Assembly (NCBI GenBank): GCA_965644265.1
Contig: OZ286464.1
Coordinates: 51,460,125 to 51,524,000 of the forward strand
Direction: 5' to 3'
Length of the DNA: 63,876 bases
Origin: Glycera tridactyla
Taxonomy: Eukaryota
Part shown: positions 37,474 to 50,494 of the stretch, in pieces
How the letters are laid out: each line of letters opens with the position of its first letter
Position numbering within the stretch: the first letter of the stretch is position 1
Position numbers and translations under genes: made by a program
Notes under the pieces: model-generated
What the model was told of the DNA's origin: nothing
Seen by the model: the letters and a program-made list of their open reading frames with translations, nothing else
Databases searched by the model: none

Positions 37474-37914
37474 TTTCATTTATGCTTGCATGTGTTGGTG
37501 TACTTTGTGAATTACAATTTTTCCATGGTTGAAATGCAACGAATATGATATGTTTCGAATGGGCCTTGGTTCACCCTGGCTGGAAATGTTCCTTTGAACA
37601 TGAAATGAAGTTTTCTCAAGTTATTGATAACACCAAATTCAATGTATTGTATATAATTATATTGAGATGTTACGCATAACTATCCAATAAACAGACTTGA
37701 CCCATCAAAACATTATTCTGTTTGTCGATTCTATTTCGTAATAGGATGACACATATAGTTCACCCGTATGTGGCCATTCTTTTTAATCTCTAATTAGGAC
37801 ATAAATCTTTAACCAGACAAATATATGACAGAGCTTGACAGATAAACGCCAAGATCGGCAATCTATCTGTGAGCTCATCCCTGAAACACACTTTTCTAAC
37901 TGACTTCTTGATTG

Positions 37915-38056
37915 NNNNNNNNNNNNNNNNNNNNNNNNNNNNNNNNNNNNNNNNNNNNNNNNNNNNNNNNNNNNNNNNNNNNNNNNNNNNNNNNNNNNNN
38001 NNNNNNNNNNNNNNNNNNNNNNNNNNNNNNNNNNNNNNNNNNNNNNNNNNNNNNNN
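37915..38056. other. Assembly gap (N-run)
   Basis: 142 N. Confidence 1.
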
Positions 38057-38609
38057 TGTGATAACTTCATGTCGCAGAAGAATTTGTCTCTCAAAATAGA
38101 AACAGTCGAACATCGGTCACAAGTATTAAAAGTAGCCTTTGTAGAGAGGTGACATTGGTAGAGATGTCATTTACTGTGGAAAATACATGTACTTTGATGG
38201 TCACAGTTCAAGGTGGCCTTTGTATAGAGATGGTCCCTCGAATAAGTTTGGCTGCAGACTCTTTTCATACCAATCGTCACAAATAATGATGAAGAAGTGT
38301 TCTTGTGAAACTCTTGATTGTCACTACATGCTACTAGTTAAATGTCTCATTTGATTTTGTTAAAGCATCACGTCAGTATATTCTGTAATGCTACAGTGGA
38401 TATCCATGAGGCTAGACACTCTCCGGGCATAATAAAAGCCTCTATATTGACATCTGTCACAGCACAGAAAAAAACCTCATCTTGGAACAGCTGGTGTGCA
38501 TATATATATATGGAAGATGACTTTTTTCCTGCATGCATGAAGGTCTGTGACATCATTGTAAACAAAGTTCTCCACAAAATGAGTTGGGTAGTGAGTGTAT
38601 CATGGCTTT

Positions 38610-38797
38610 CATGAGCCTGAAGGGAGGGGGGTATATGAATATGTGACGGAGGGCTTTCCCGATTGGGATTATGAATGGCCGTTTGGGAAAATTGATGTAG
38701 TTTCCATGTAACATTTCACATTCCTATGTGCCCTAATTCATGTAATCTTATCTTAAATAAAGTATGTTTGAATTTGAATTTGAATTTGAATTTGAAT
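38610..38797 (+). mobile_element. 3' end of a severely truncated LINE/SINE with a (TTTGAA)n tail
   Basis: TTAAATAAAGTATG followed by (TTTGAA)5, the same tail unit as the LINE at 63 kb; left boundary uncertain. Confidence 0.6.
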
Positions 38798-41033
38798 ATC
38801 AGGGTTGACTGAATTGCAAGTGCCTTTTTTGGGGGCATGATATGCAGCTATTCACTTATCATACATCAATGTGCCATACAGTGCAGGACCCAGTGTCCAG
38901 ATATCAGTAGCACCTGCCTTCTTCAACCCATTTTGCCAGCTCTCTCCCACAAGAATCTGGACTGAAACTGGGTTCTCCTGGTATGCATACCATTCCATTT
39001 ACCTACCCTATCCTAAATCTTGATTTGTTTGTTTTGGATTGATAGTTCATCAAGGGAATGAGACAGATGAATGATCACTACCAGTCTATAGCATGAATGC
39101 CAACAAGTAATCTGACATTACAAAATGTATGAATTCCATATATCCCAACGTGGAAGATATTGAATGCATGGTTGCAAGTTATCACATAAAGATTAGGCCC
39201 ATAGTCTTGCGGGAATTTCTCTGATTCGAGTCACCAAATCTCGGTGTGAGGCCTAGATCTCTGAACTAGATATCACAAAGTCTGGGCATGACTGTTGTCA
39301 TTCTGAGAACACCAGAAAAAGAAGAACCATGTGCCTCATTGGGTCTATATGTAGTTAGACTTCGATGAAAATGTGCCAGAGAAATCATACATCTACATGT
39401 AATGTGTAGAATATTCATGGCAGATGCCATTCATTATTAGGTAAAAAGGTGGCCAACTCCACCGAGCAATCTAAAATACCACGAAGTATGTATTGAATCA
39501 GTCAGCTATGTAGAATGTCACATAATGGTACAGGGAAACGTATGGTGTGCATAGATATGGTGCACATGTGAGTATAACACATGAAGGTGTTGAAGGGAAT
39601 TTATCAAATATCCTCTTTTTACCACATTACCAAATAAAAATCCCACCCTGATGATCAAATGACATGGATCATGTCCACGAATTCTTTAAACCCAGGGGAT
39701 CAATTACATTCAAATGTAGGTGCATTACAGATAGAAGCTCAAGTTCTATTGGTTTCCTTGGATTCTGATAAAACCTTAAGAAACAAGTACACATTCTTTG
39801 ATCAAGATCTCATCAATGCTTTGGAGAAATGACCCTTGATATATATCGGATATTGAGACTACTTGCATTCATTCCTCCATATTATGTGTTTCACACCAGC
39901 AATATGACATCTGAGTTGGGATCTGAGTGGGATCATGTGACCAAGCACCTTCCTAGTGGCCTACCTAGTGAACAAAAGAAACCTAATAGTTGCCGAAAGC
40001 CCCTTGAATCAAACTACCTGTACCCAATCTTCTACCAAAAAAAAGGACACTTCGTGTTACAACCTATGTCATGGTTTCCTCATTGATATCAGTGTCACGA
40101 CACAAGGGAGATCATGTAGCAAATGTGGAACAAATGATAAGATGCACTGACTGAAGCAAAATGAAAAGTGGGTGGTGGGCAAAAAAAGCCACTTTTTTCT
40201 GCACTCCAAGTCAAAGTTTCCTCTTTAATGACTATGTCACAACACACAGACAAGTATGTAGCTGATGCAGAATGAACAATAAATAGGCAAACATTGAAGC
40301 AGATTGAGAAACATACTCGGTGGAGACCGAGTACTACGTGACACTCTGCACATGATCAGACCTGAGGAAAAGTTCATTCTCCAGTGACTTCACAAAGCCG
40401 TTCCCATCTCCCTCACCATGCACCCAAATGAGACCAAAATGACCATGTTCTTAGGCAGAGCTAGGCAAAGAATGCAACTCAATAGAAAGTCTAAATATTT
40501 CCTCAGCACCATACAATGACTAGCCACTCTGGAGGCCTCACACCATATGCCTTCAGTAGCATATCAACTAAAAACTATGGCAACAATTTAAGACTATGCA
40601 CAAGCTTTTGTTTTGTGGTGGCAAGGATCCAACGGGTCTATTATGTCATGTGACATGGACTCCAGGCTAGACATTGCCTCCAGCCCACAGCTGACAGGGG
40701 AATGGACCATTTCACTCACATTCATGGCACTTTGGGCCTGGAAATCCACAGTGTATGTTGCAAAGACTCTTTTGTCTCAGCTTATCTAACATTGGGTCAA
40801 ACCACTTGTTTCACATTCTGTTTGCGAATGATGGCTTTCATTAATGGTTGTCAGCATGAAAGAGTGATCGCCACTCCAGGTGTTGCTTGAGGCGCTTCAG
40901 TCTTTTCAAAACTACATAGTCAGCTCAATCAAGAGGAAATTTGAAAGGACAACCGGTGATGAACAAAATATCAGCAACACATTCTAGCTGATATGATAAT
41001 CAGATGGTTAGTTGACTAGAAATGTGAAATGTG

Positions 41034-41454
41034 TAGGGGTGGGACGATTCACCGAAATTTCGATAATATCGATCGTTTGCAAAAGAAACAATTGTTTCGA
41101 AACTAGGAGGAGTGTTTCGAAGTGTTTCGAAATACGGAGAAACATGGCTGATGAGTACTCACATATGCCAATAAATACAGAAAATGCACCTTGTTAAAAA
41201 AGAACATTGCGGAGAGCCCGAATGATGGAGATTTGATGAACTTTTTACTAGAAATGTATTTATATGCTATAGTAATTGGCAATATTTCAAGGCTAATCCT
41301 AATTTGGGTGGCTTGCTCATGTCATTGGCAACCAGAAGGACCACGCCAGACTCCTGAAAGATGGTTGTATGGCATTTCGTTTCGTCATTCATTTCATGAG
41401 GTGTGTTTCTAGAAATGTTTCGTATCGTGACCATAGTGTTTCGTCCCAGCCCTA
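41034..41454. mobile_element. 421-bp non-autonomous hAT element
   Basis: 8-bp TSD GAAATGTG (41026-41033, 41455-41462); TIR TAGGGGTGGGACGA / TAGGGCTGGGACGA (13/14); subterminal GTTTCG repeats. Confidence 0.92.
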
Positions 41455-42145
41455 GAAATGTGATGTCCCAAGTTTGGTGTATGTGTGCTGTGACCCGGTG
41501 AGGCCATGTGTATCGAGTGCTAAGGTCATCTCAACTTTCAGCTGCTAGTAGTTGTATACTATCACTACTCTGTTCTTCCGTTGGTCAACAGTCTGCAATT
41601 TTCTGAGAGACATTGCAAGATTGCATGAATATGGCATACTGGATCGTCTAAGGAATTGGAGGAATACCATATTTAGATGGTTAGGGTACCTACTGAAGCC
41701 CATCATTTTAGAAACATATCCAAATTGACTTCAAATGGGGAAGTCTCACTTCATAGCCCACAATTTGAGAAAGATTTACAAGTTGACTTCAAAATGGAGA
41801 AGGATCACTTCAAACAACACCGAACTAGGATCACAGCAAGGTGAAATCAGAAAGTTGATGCCCCCAGTGGTGACTGGATAATCAAATCTTCAGCATCATC
41901 CTAACATCTTGTATTTGCACATCATCAAAAACTCACTGAGCATCTCAAACAAACAACCACCTTATGATATTGATGTCCATGATACTCATGATGTCACAAT
42001 AGGCTGGGCTATCGATTGCTGCCAAAATCTACATGCACGAGGGAGGGGTGAGGGTGAAGGTGGTGCTCAATGGCTAATATCTGTGAACTAACTGCAGAAT
42101 ATATGTACATATGTTTTGAGCTAAAATAAAGTAGGTTTTGGTTTG

Positions 42146-43066
42146 AACAAGGCATCAGTGATGCGGGGTTGGAGCTATTTCAGTGAGCACCTCTGCTCCC
42201 TAAACTGCACAGAATATATGCCTTGGTTTTCTCAATAACGGGTCGACAATGTGCATGCAATTATGGAGTGTTCCAAGTACAATGTCACATGGGCAGCCTA
42301 GCACTTGCCCAAGCTCAGAATAAATGTGCAGATACACATCTACAAATTGAAATGCTTCCAAAAAGGTTGATCCAGTGTGGATTGGTGCAGCAGTCCACAC
42401 GCTATGGGTTCCTTGACATCTATACCATCAACCATTTCAACTGCCCATGGGCAGCCTATGCTGCCAATCACTTGCCCAAACCCATGATAAACATGTCAGC
42501 ACATAGCTACACATCAAGACACTTCATGGAAAGTTCATTTGGTGTGGACCGGTGAAGCAGGTTTGGAGAGATGAGTTCTGCAAAATCTTGAAGGGAGTGA
42601 ATACCATCCTGAAGTTTTTCAAACATTTCAACTGCCCACATAAATAGCCCATCACAGGCCCAAATCCAAAATGAACATGCTATTGCACACCTACACATCA
42701 AGACGCTACCAGGAAACTTGATTTTGTGTGGATTGAGGCAGCAGTTCTGGGATATGAGTTCCACAAAATCATGCTGGGAGTGTATACCATCCTGAAGTTT
42801 TCAGACATTTCAACTGCCCGTAGGGCAGGCCATCACAGGCCCAAATCCAGAATAAACATGCCAGTGCACACCTACACATCAAGACACTTTGAGGAAACTT
42901 GATTTTGTGTCAATCAGTGCAGTGGTTCCAAGGATACAGGTTCTGCAAAGTTGACATGCATGGACGGAAAACGGACGGACAGATACCGGAAGGAATGACG
43001 CACAGGCGGACAGACAGACGCAGGCTATTTTATAGTCTCTCTTCCGGTGTTCCGGTGGGGGAAAAT
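42146..43066 (-). mobile_element. HINE family 2 with ~180-bp internal repeats
   Basis: AACAAG + GCATCA-G-TGATGC hairpin at one end; (GGAC/AGAC)n tract and a CCGG-TGTT-CCGG hairpin at the other; CTACACATCAAGAC recurs at about 180-bp spacing; colinear with 63087-63876. Confidence 0.8.
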
Positions 43067-43204
43067 TAGAATTTGAATATGGTCCATCGGCTGGAGAATC
43101 CTGACCAGGGTCATTGAGATGATTGAGAATGCTGTTTTGTCCCATGCTGTTTCACAACTCTATTTATTACTTTGTCCCAAAACAGTTAGATCATTTTGGA
43201 AAGT

Positions 43205-43455
43205 TTGAGTTATGCAGAAAACTCTTTGTCACAAACAGAAATTGTTCGTACCTGTTTTGGCTGTTGTTGTCAGCCATCATCAGAACTTTAACTTCTAGTT
43301 CTTCTGGTTTCCACCAGTTGTTTTGGTGGCCAGTACATCAAATCAAACACCTGGTGGCAATAAGATGAAGTAGAAGATCAAAAACTGATGATGGCTGAAG
43401 ATGACAGCTGAAACTGTTGACAGGTGTGGCAGAGTTTTCTGAATAAATCTATTCA
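43205..43455. mobile_element. Inverted pair of Penelope-type pLTR-like remnants with hammerhead-like cores
   Basis: Both strands read CTGGTGG-N27-CTGATGA-TGGCTG-N7-CAGC(C/T)-(A/G)AAAC, then GAGTTTTCTG.ATAA further downstream. Confidence 0.55.
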
Positions 43456-44419
43456 ATATGGCACACATCTCTCTTCTTGGTAATTTGCTCAGTAACCCAG
43501 TACATCCATTTGGTGAAATACAGTCTCCCTATTTTAACTAGTCAGTTGTCACCGGATTTCTTGTGATATACAACCATCATTAATCCACCACCTCCAGCAT
43601 TATGGTCAGTATTAAAGGTTATAACATTCACACTTATGACCTTCACGCTAGTCATAAATGTGACTGTCTGTGATCATTCATCTTGTATGTGTCAGTCTCA
43701 ACCTGATTTATGTACCAGACTGGCTAATATTGGACACACTTTTTAACTCTAGATAGAGCTTTCCAAATAATCAAGACAAATATAGCTTGCTCACATTATT
43801 TTTATCTTTGATCAATTCTTTCATAAAGACAGTCTTTTTTTCCCCTGAATGCACTCACTTTACATGAGCATGGCTGCCTTAGTTTTCATGAAGATATATT
43901 GTGATACCTGTCAATTTCATCTAGATTTAGAGTCGCAATACCTGTGCCAAGACCGAACAGATAGGATTTGTTCATCTAATCAGAAAACTTTTCATCATAA
44001 ATCATGTGTACCAAGTATGAACTTGCTCTTGAGTTTCATCACTTCCTATTGCTTATGACAAATCTGATTGTAAGATAATTTATCTTACAGCTGATTTACT
44101 TTTTTCTACAAAACAATAGTGATTTTGGTGAGAATTGTTTTTTCATCATACTGACATATGTCTAATCAGAAGAGCCATATTTCAGGAATACAAGTTTCCC
44201 AATGCCCTGGTATCCTTCTGCATTTAGAGAGGCTGCTCAATTTAAGGATCATGGACTCCTTTGCCAAGAACCATAGCAAATATATCCTCTCAAATGCCTA
44301 TGAGGGGCAATATGAGTGAACTATGGGGTAACATGACTACAGGTCAGGTAATGATTTTTGGCAATGTTTGAGGCACATCTATGCAAACTAGGTTGAACTA
44401 TTGGACAGGATATGTTATA

Positions 44420-44773
44420 CAGTGTAACACTCTACAAAGATCTACAATGAATATGTTAAGCAGCGTAACACTCTACAAAGATCTACAATGAATATGTTAA
44501 GCAGTGTAACACTCTACAAAGATCTACAATGAATATGTTAAGCAGCGTAACACTCTACAAAGATCTACAATGAATATGTTAAGCAGTGTAACACTCTACA
44601 AAGATCTACAATGAATATGTTAAGCAGCGTAACACTCTACAAAGATCTACAATGAATATGTTAAGCAGCGTGACACTCCACAAAGACCTACAATGAATAT
44701 ATTGAGCAGCGTAACACTCTACAAAGATCTACAATAAGTATGTTAAGCAGTGTAACACTACAAAGATCTACAA
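44420..44773. repeat. 41-bp minisatellite, about 8.5 units
   Basis: Unit CAG(T/C)GTAACACTCTACAAAGATCTACAATGAATATGTTAAG starts at 44420, 44461, 44502, 44543, 44584, 44625, 44666, 44707 and 44748. Confidence 0.97.
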
Positions 44774-45290
44774 TTGTTGTATAATAATGAGTCGGATTGG
44801 TTGCAAAAATCACATTCAAGTAGCCAGAGTCAGGTAAAAAAGCGGATATTTTGGTTGCCTCTGGTGACCAAAAGTTATCAATGTAGAACAACCTTCACAA
44901 TACATTTCTCATTTGATACCTTCTGAGATATTACATTCTTGTGTACAATTGAATCATGACATCAACTGGGAGAAAAACATCTCAGGGCAGGGATTCATGC
45001 ATTTGGGCTACTCTACACTTGAATCATTGACATGAAAATCTTGGGAGCCATCACCAGCAAACATCCTGTTTATTGTGAATTATGTTCAATTTATGCCCAC
45101 TCCTAAGATACCCTTACCTATGTCATTGGTTTCAGATCCATCCATATGTGGTTCTATATTTCTGTGCACAGCTAAATTCAATATGAAGAAATTGTCTCAC
45201 CTTTATTTTAGTCAGTGCGATCGATATTGGCAAATATATTTCACAACCAAATAGAAAAGAATATCTCACCTACAACAGAAATATCAGAAA

Positions 45291-46464
45291 GTTTTTGTTT
45301 GTTTGTTTGGGTTTAATGTCCTCGCAATCCCCTTGGATCATATTGTACTGAAAAAGGAAGGTACCGTATATACTCGCATATAAGCCCATTTTTTGACGAC
45401 AAAAAATCGGGGAAAAAGCAGGGGGGCTGCTTATACGCAAGTATGAATTTCGTCAGAGCCAAATGTCAACGTGGAAGAAGACCCGGGAGCAGGTAAGGGC
45501 TTCGTTAGCGGCCGCCGCCATCTTGGATGTCGAAAGATACCAACGAAAACACATACAAATGTCATCGAATTTAACAAGGTTCCCGGCCGAATAAAAGTTT
45601 AGCAATGCGGGCCATTTGCCAGCAATATTGTCTTATTTATCATGCCATAAGATTTTAGTCGATTCATCACGTGGTTCTTGAGAAATTAATACTTTTACAA
45701 AACGGGATCAGACACGAATACAGACGCCATTGCAAAACACTTGCCGGTTGAAGACTGATGCTGAAAGCGATATTTTTCATCACTAGCGATCGCTCTCGAA
45801 ACGCCCAAAGTAATGCCAGATATAAATTGATAGTCCCAGATGTACGAATATCGAATATTGATGATTGTTTGGTAGAAAATCCCGACGAATTCGCCACGAA
45901 CGTGATGTAAACATTGGTCAGAAACAACAATCCAAGAAAGTTCTGCCATCTCGAGCAGGTGATGAGGTCAAGGCCGTATGCTAATTAGGTATTCTGGTTC
46001 CGTGTTTTGGTCTACATCCGGGGATGCCAGTCTCGTCACATGATCAAACAATGGCACCCATATCGATGTTGGAGAAGCCAGCCTTTTGTTTTCTTCACGA
46101 AATATATGCTCACTCGGCCTAGACATGTGTTTTCATTGGCGGAGATCGCTTTAACATGGATTGTACCCTTGAATCATTGAAGTGTGGAGGCGCGAACAAA
46201 CCAACAATAGCCGGGGTAAGCCGGGAATTGGCTTCTCTACATGCCTGTCTTTGATGTATCACGGCACTCGTCACCGTGTTCACTCAGCGGAATCAGGGGG
46301 GAGGCTTATATTCGAATAATTGATCAAATCCCGACTTTTAGGGGCGAAATCGTACCCCCGGCTTATAAGCGGAGAAGGTTTATATGCGAGTATATACGGT
46401 ACTGCTGCCAGAGGAAATCACCTACTCTTTGTGAAGGACAGCAGCAGTTCTTTTATCTGTATAC
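45291..46464 (-). mobile_element. SINE-like remnant split by the Tc2-like element
   Basis: (GTTT)n-GGGTTTA at 45291 and CCTACTCTTT..ACAGCAGC.GTTCTT after 46401 join to match the uninterrupted copy at 59404-59546. Confidence 0.6.
45364..46399. mobile_element. 1,036-bp Tc2/pogo-like non-autonomous DNA transposon
   Basis: Perfect 20-bp TIR CCGTATATACTCGCATATAA; TA TSD; CpG-rich interior; CCGTATAT start resembles Tc2-group termini. Confidence 0.92.
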
Positions 46465-46839
46465 ATGAAATCTCATACACATATAACCAGCATTTGATAT
46501 CCTAGTCAGCACAAGATTAAGATAAAATGTAATGTTGACCATACAACACTGGTTTGGAATGATCTGAACTAACACTGGAAACCTGATGCATTCTGATCAG
46601 GAGCCCTACTATAAACAACATGCACCAGCTCACAGTGGTATCAGATAACAAATGATATACAGTCAAACATTCAATTAAATTAACTTCATTTCCATTCACC
46701 ATAACAATTAGATACAATACATTCATTTTCAGGATGATGACATCGAGAACAACGGATTAGTCAACTACAAAGAATGAATAGATGCAGGTGTCATATACAA
46801 ATGATACGAGATGGGGGCGATCGATGAATGATATTAAAT

Positions 46840-47270
46840 TGAATTGACCTTGAAATCCAAGATGTCCATCCTAAAACCGAAAGGTTTGTTCCCATAGCCT
46901 AGGAGAGTCTGTACACCAAGGTTGAGATGGCCTGAATGCAGAGAAGTGGCCAACCCAAAATCAATAAGTGTGAGAATTTATTTCCCATAAACTCTTTTGC
47001 CTTTTTTGCACTTGGTGACCTTGAACCTCAAGATGGCTGCCCCAACAATGGTGTCTTACCATAGCCTAGGAGAGTCTGTATACCAAGTTTGAAATGGCTA
47101 GCCTGCATACTTCCTGAGTGATCATCCAGAAACCATCATTCACCCACCAGTACACCCACCCACCCAACCACCCACACACACACACACCCAACCACACACA
47201 CATACACCCACAATGGGTCCATTCAAAAACAAAATGCCCCTCTTAGTGTTTACACACCATGGGGCATAAA
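46840..47270 (-). mobile_element. HINE family 3 remnant
   Basis: Two TGACCTTGAA..CAAGATG..CCTAGGAGAGTCTGTA.ACCAAG units, a (CCCA/CA)n tract and a terminal ATGCCCC..GGGGCATAAA hairpin. Confidence 0.65.
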
Positions 47271-49509
47271 GAATAAACTCACAATACCAGATTAAAATTA
47301 TATTTCATGATACACCATTGAAGTGTATAAATTACATTCTAGAAAACCATCTGATATCCGTTAGTGGATTTGAAGATGGATCTCATCTATGGCAGAGACC
47401 ACCTTTCCTTTCTACACTGAGTCACTCAGACCACAATAAAAATAGCAGGTGGATAACCCTGCCTAGGGTACACACAACTATTATAGATGGCAGCATAGAT
47501 GGTCCACTTCGACAAAATGTGTAACATGCCAAATATGGCTCCATCTGCTATTTTCTGGGTAACAACAGGAGTAGCAATGCACAAAAGCACATTCCCAGTG
47601 ACATTTTATTCATAATTCTTATTGTTATATTCAGTCAGAAAAACATTCCCAATAACAGTGTCCAATCTAGAAATTGACTTCCAGGATGACCCCCCCCCCC
47701 CCCCCCCCCCTCTCTGAAAAAGGGTTTTTTCCAGATAGATAGGGGCATTCTTGGAGGGAGAGAGATGTTTCCAAGCAATGCCATGATGTGTCTAATGAAC
47801 GAAAGCAATGCGCTTGGTAGTGTGGCCAGGTGAAAACAACTACTCAGGAAACAGAATAAACAATGTCATTTGAATGCATCAATTGCGCTTTCTGATGGGG
47901 CAAAATGCGCCCCTTGATCCAGAAAGAAGGGGCGTCCCGTCAGGTTTTTGGGGCTATTCGCCGCAACGCCTCCTCTGGATTAGACACTGCCATAAGACTC
48001 AACTTCGATAATTCGAATTCATGCATGAAATACAAAATACAAAAATTTTCTTTAAGAGAAATTATGTTCTAGTGATTGAAGGGGATAATTCAGTGAGCCA
48101 TCATAGCATATTTGTCCTGTACAGAGTGAAAGGTGCCTCTCGCGTGGTCCCACTTGGACCTTTCTTTGACTGTATATCATGGGAAGTATAGATAGTGGAT
48201 CATCAATGCTTCCATTTATGCTCCAATCACCTTGCAGACACCCGAGGTCCATGTCGACCATCTAGCTATACCATTTGATAGAATGCTGGATGGAGTCATC
48301 ACAACTTATGAGTAAAGTATGGACAAAACTAAAGGTAATTTGGTTAGTGGATGCATGCCGGAGGTGTTAAGACATCATCAACTAACTGCCCACAGATCAA
48401 CACCTGCAGAAATCCTGACAAACAGTCATTACCGACCCTCGTTTTATCAACCAACTAAGTCAATGTTAGTCTAACAATACCCCTGGAAAATGTTCACACC
48501 TAAAAAGCTATTACCTCAAAAAACATTCAACTCTTTCTGGTTTCCAGCATGGGAAGTGAAGCCATCCATGAAATCAAAGAATGACTCATGATTTCTTTTC
48601 ATCATACTTGAAGGTGCCGAAATAATGTCTGGAAAGCTGCCAGCTTTATTAAGTGTAATTTCATGTGTAGGGTGAAACCTTTGAGGGACGTCTACCCTGG
48701 TATTCACCAAAAAGTCGTCCTAATTGAGTTGAAACATCTGAAATCATCAGAAGTCTATTTGACTAAGTCAAATACAAATGCTACCTGTTGAAGGTTAGTC
48801 TGATATGAGGATCTCTCCTCACAGGTTTTACCGTATCATTAGTGACTTCATTTCGGAATATACAAGTATTATAATCATCAAGAAATCATAGGATTCATCC
48901 ATCATTATAAGCAGAAAAGGATAAGCTGAATCCCTCATGATGAGACATCCCAAATTTGACAGCAATCTATAGAATCACTCAGGTATTTCCTGAGAAGGAG
49001 AAAATCTCCAAGTCAATACCAACAGTAGAATTAATGCTGAGCTTGAGCAAACAGAAAGTAGCTATGTATTCACTAAACCTTCTGGCCTCATGATATCCAG
49101 CATGATGAAATACAAGCAATGTCCTGATTCCATCAAGAGAATCTTGGCACAATCTTCAATTTCGAAGTTATAAAATTCATGACTGGGTATCTTGAAATAA
49201 CAAAAAAATATTCACTGTATTCAACATCCACTCTCTCAACCAGATTAATCCACAACACAATTCACACTTGGCCTCATCGAATCACTGACAGTAATCATAA
49301 TCCCTATCAATTGGTTCTCTCAAAATCCCTATGATTTGGCATGGAGGTAGCAGAGGAATAATCACAAGAATAATTGATGCAGTAGAATATGCATGCAAAT
49401 ACAACAAGATTAATTATCTATAGCTAGGTCCCTGAATAAGCATATAGACTAATTACAGTATTGGATAAGTTGATGATGTTCATGTGCATAAGTCACAGTT
49501 GCTTCAACA

Positions 49510-49695
49510 TGAAGGTAGTCGAGGAATGGTCTATAAAGGCCACCTTTCATCGCATCAATAACTGGCCTTTGCAGGAATGTGGTCTATATAGAGGGGTCAT
49601 TCACTACTGAAAATGCTATAACAGTCTTGGCTCAGGGTGGCCTTCATAGGCAGGTGGTCTTTATAGAGAGATGATCTCTGGAGCAAGTTTGACTG
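49510..49695. mobile_element. Family-B-like MITE (old)
   Basis: CAGGGTGGCCTTCATAGGCAGGTGGTCTTTATAG core; ends AGTTTGACTG-TA. Confidence 0.65.
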
Positions 49696-50494
49696 TAGAC
49701 CAAGATATATGATCTTTGACTAGGTCTCTGAATGAGCATATAGAATAGTAACAGTATTGGTCATGTTGATGTGGGTCATGGTTCCTTCAACATGAATTTC
49801 TGCTTAGGTTTACTTTGAATGGCTGATAGATTTTGTCTTTTGTAGTATGAATAAATACATTACAAAAATCAAGAGCAACTATCTACATGTGTTGGCATAT
49901 TCAGCCCACAGACTAACGCATCAGTGACATGCTTCACCTGGTGGTCATTGTGGCTGCAGTGAGGAGTGACATCTGGTTGATGGACACAATAACACCTTCC
50001 TGACTTGGCTGCTTGTCAAAGCTCTCCTGATCCACAGTCAGCTGCACTGATCACAGACATTGCTTCTCTCAAGACCCAGGTATAGAATTACATGAAAATA
50101 TCAATGGGAAGAAGGATAGTAAATCCAGTGGCAAATCCAGAAATGTCAGAAAGGGAGGCATCAAAGGTGCCCAGTCTTTAAAGACTGTAAGTATTGTTGG
50201 CAATTGAGAGGTTATACCTGTAACTAGTCAGGCTGAAAGAGGGGGGGGGGGGCACCTGTGCCCCTTGCCCCACCTGACAGTGGATTTATTATGAATCTCT
50301 GATGAGAGATTGAACCCAACATAGCAAAATGATTTGATTTCGAGATATTCATTTTAATGCAGGATCAGTTGACCAATTTTCATCATAAGCTATAGTATAG
50401 GACAGTTTTGAAGATTTGCCCAAATTCATTCATCAACAACCAAAGGTAAGTGCAACCACTGCTAGTTAACATACAAAAAGTCAAGAGCAATATA

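Noticed and set aside
39640-39830. LLVSLDSDK as an L1/Tx1 RT relic
   Set aside because: Only one weak motif; not enough to call without an alignment.
44420-44773. Regular 41-bp array as a CRISPR
   Set aside because: Units are contiguous near-identical copies with no unique spacers, there are no cas genes and the context is eukaryotic.
48880-49350. KYLS.SID..W as an L2/CR1 relic on the minus strand
   Set aside because: Single degenerate motif; unsupported without a translated search.
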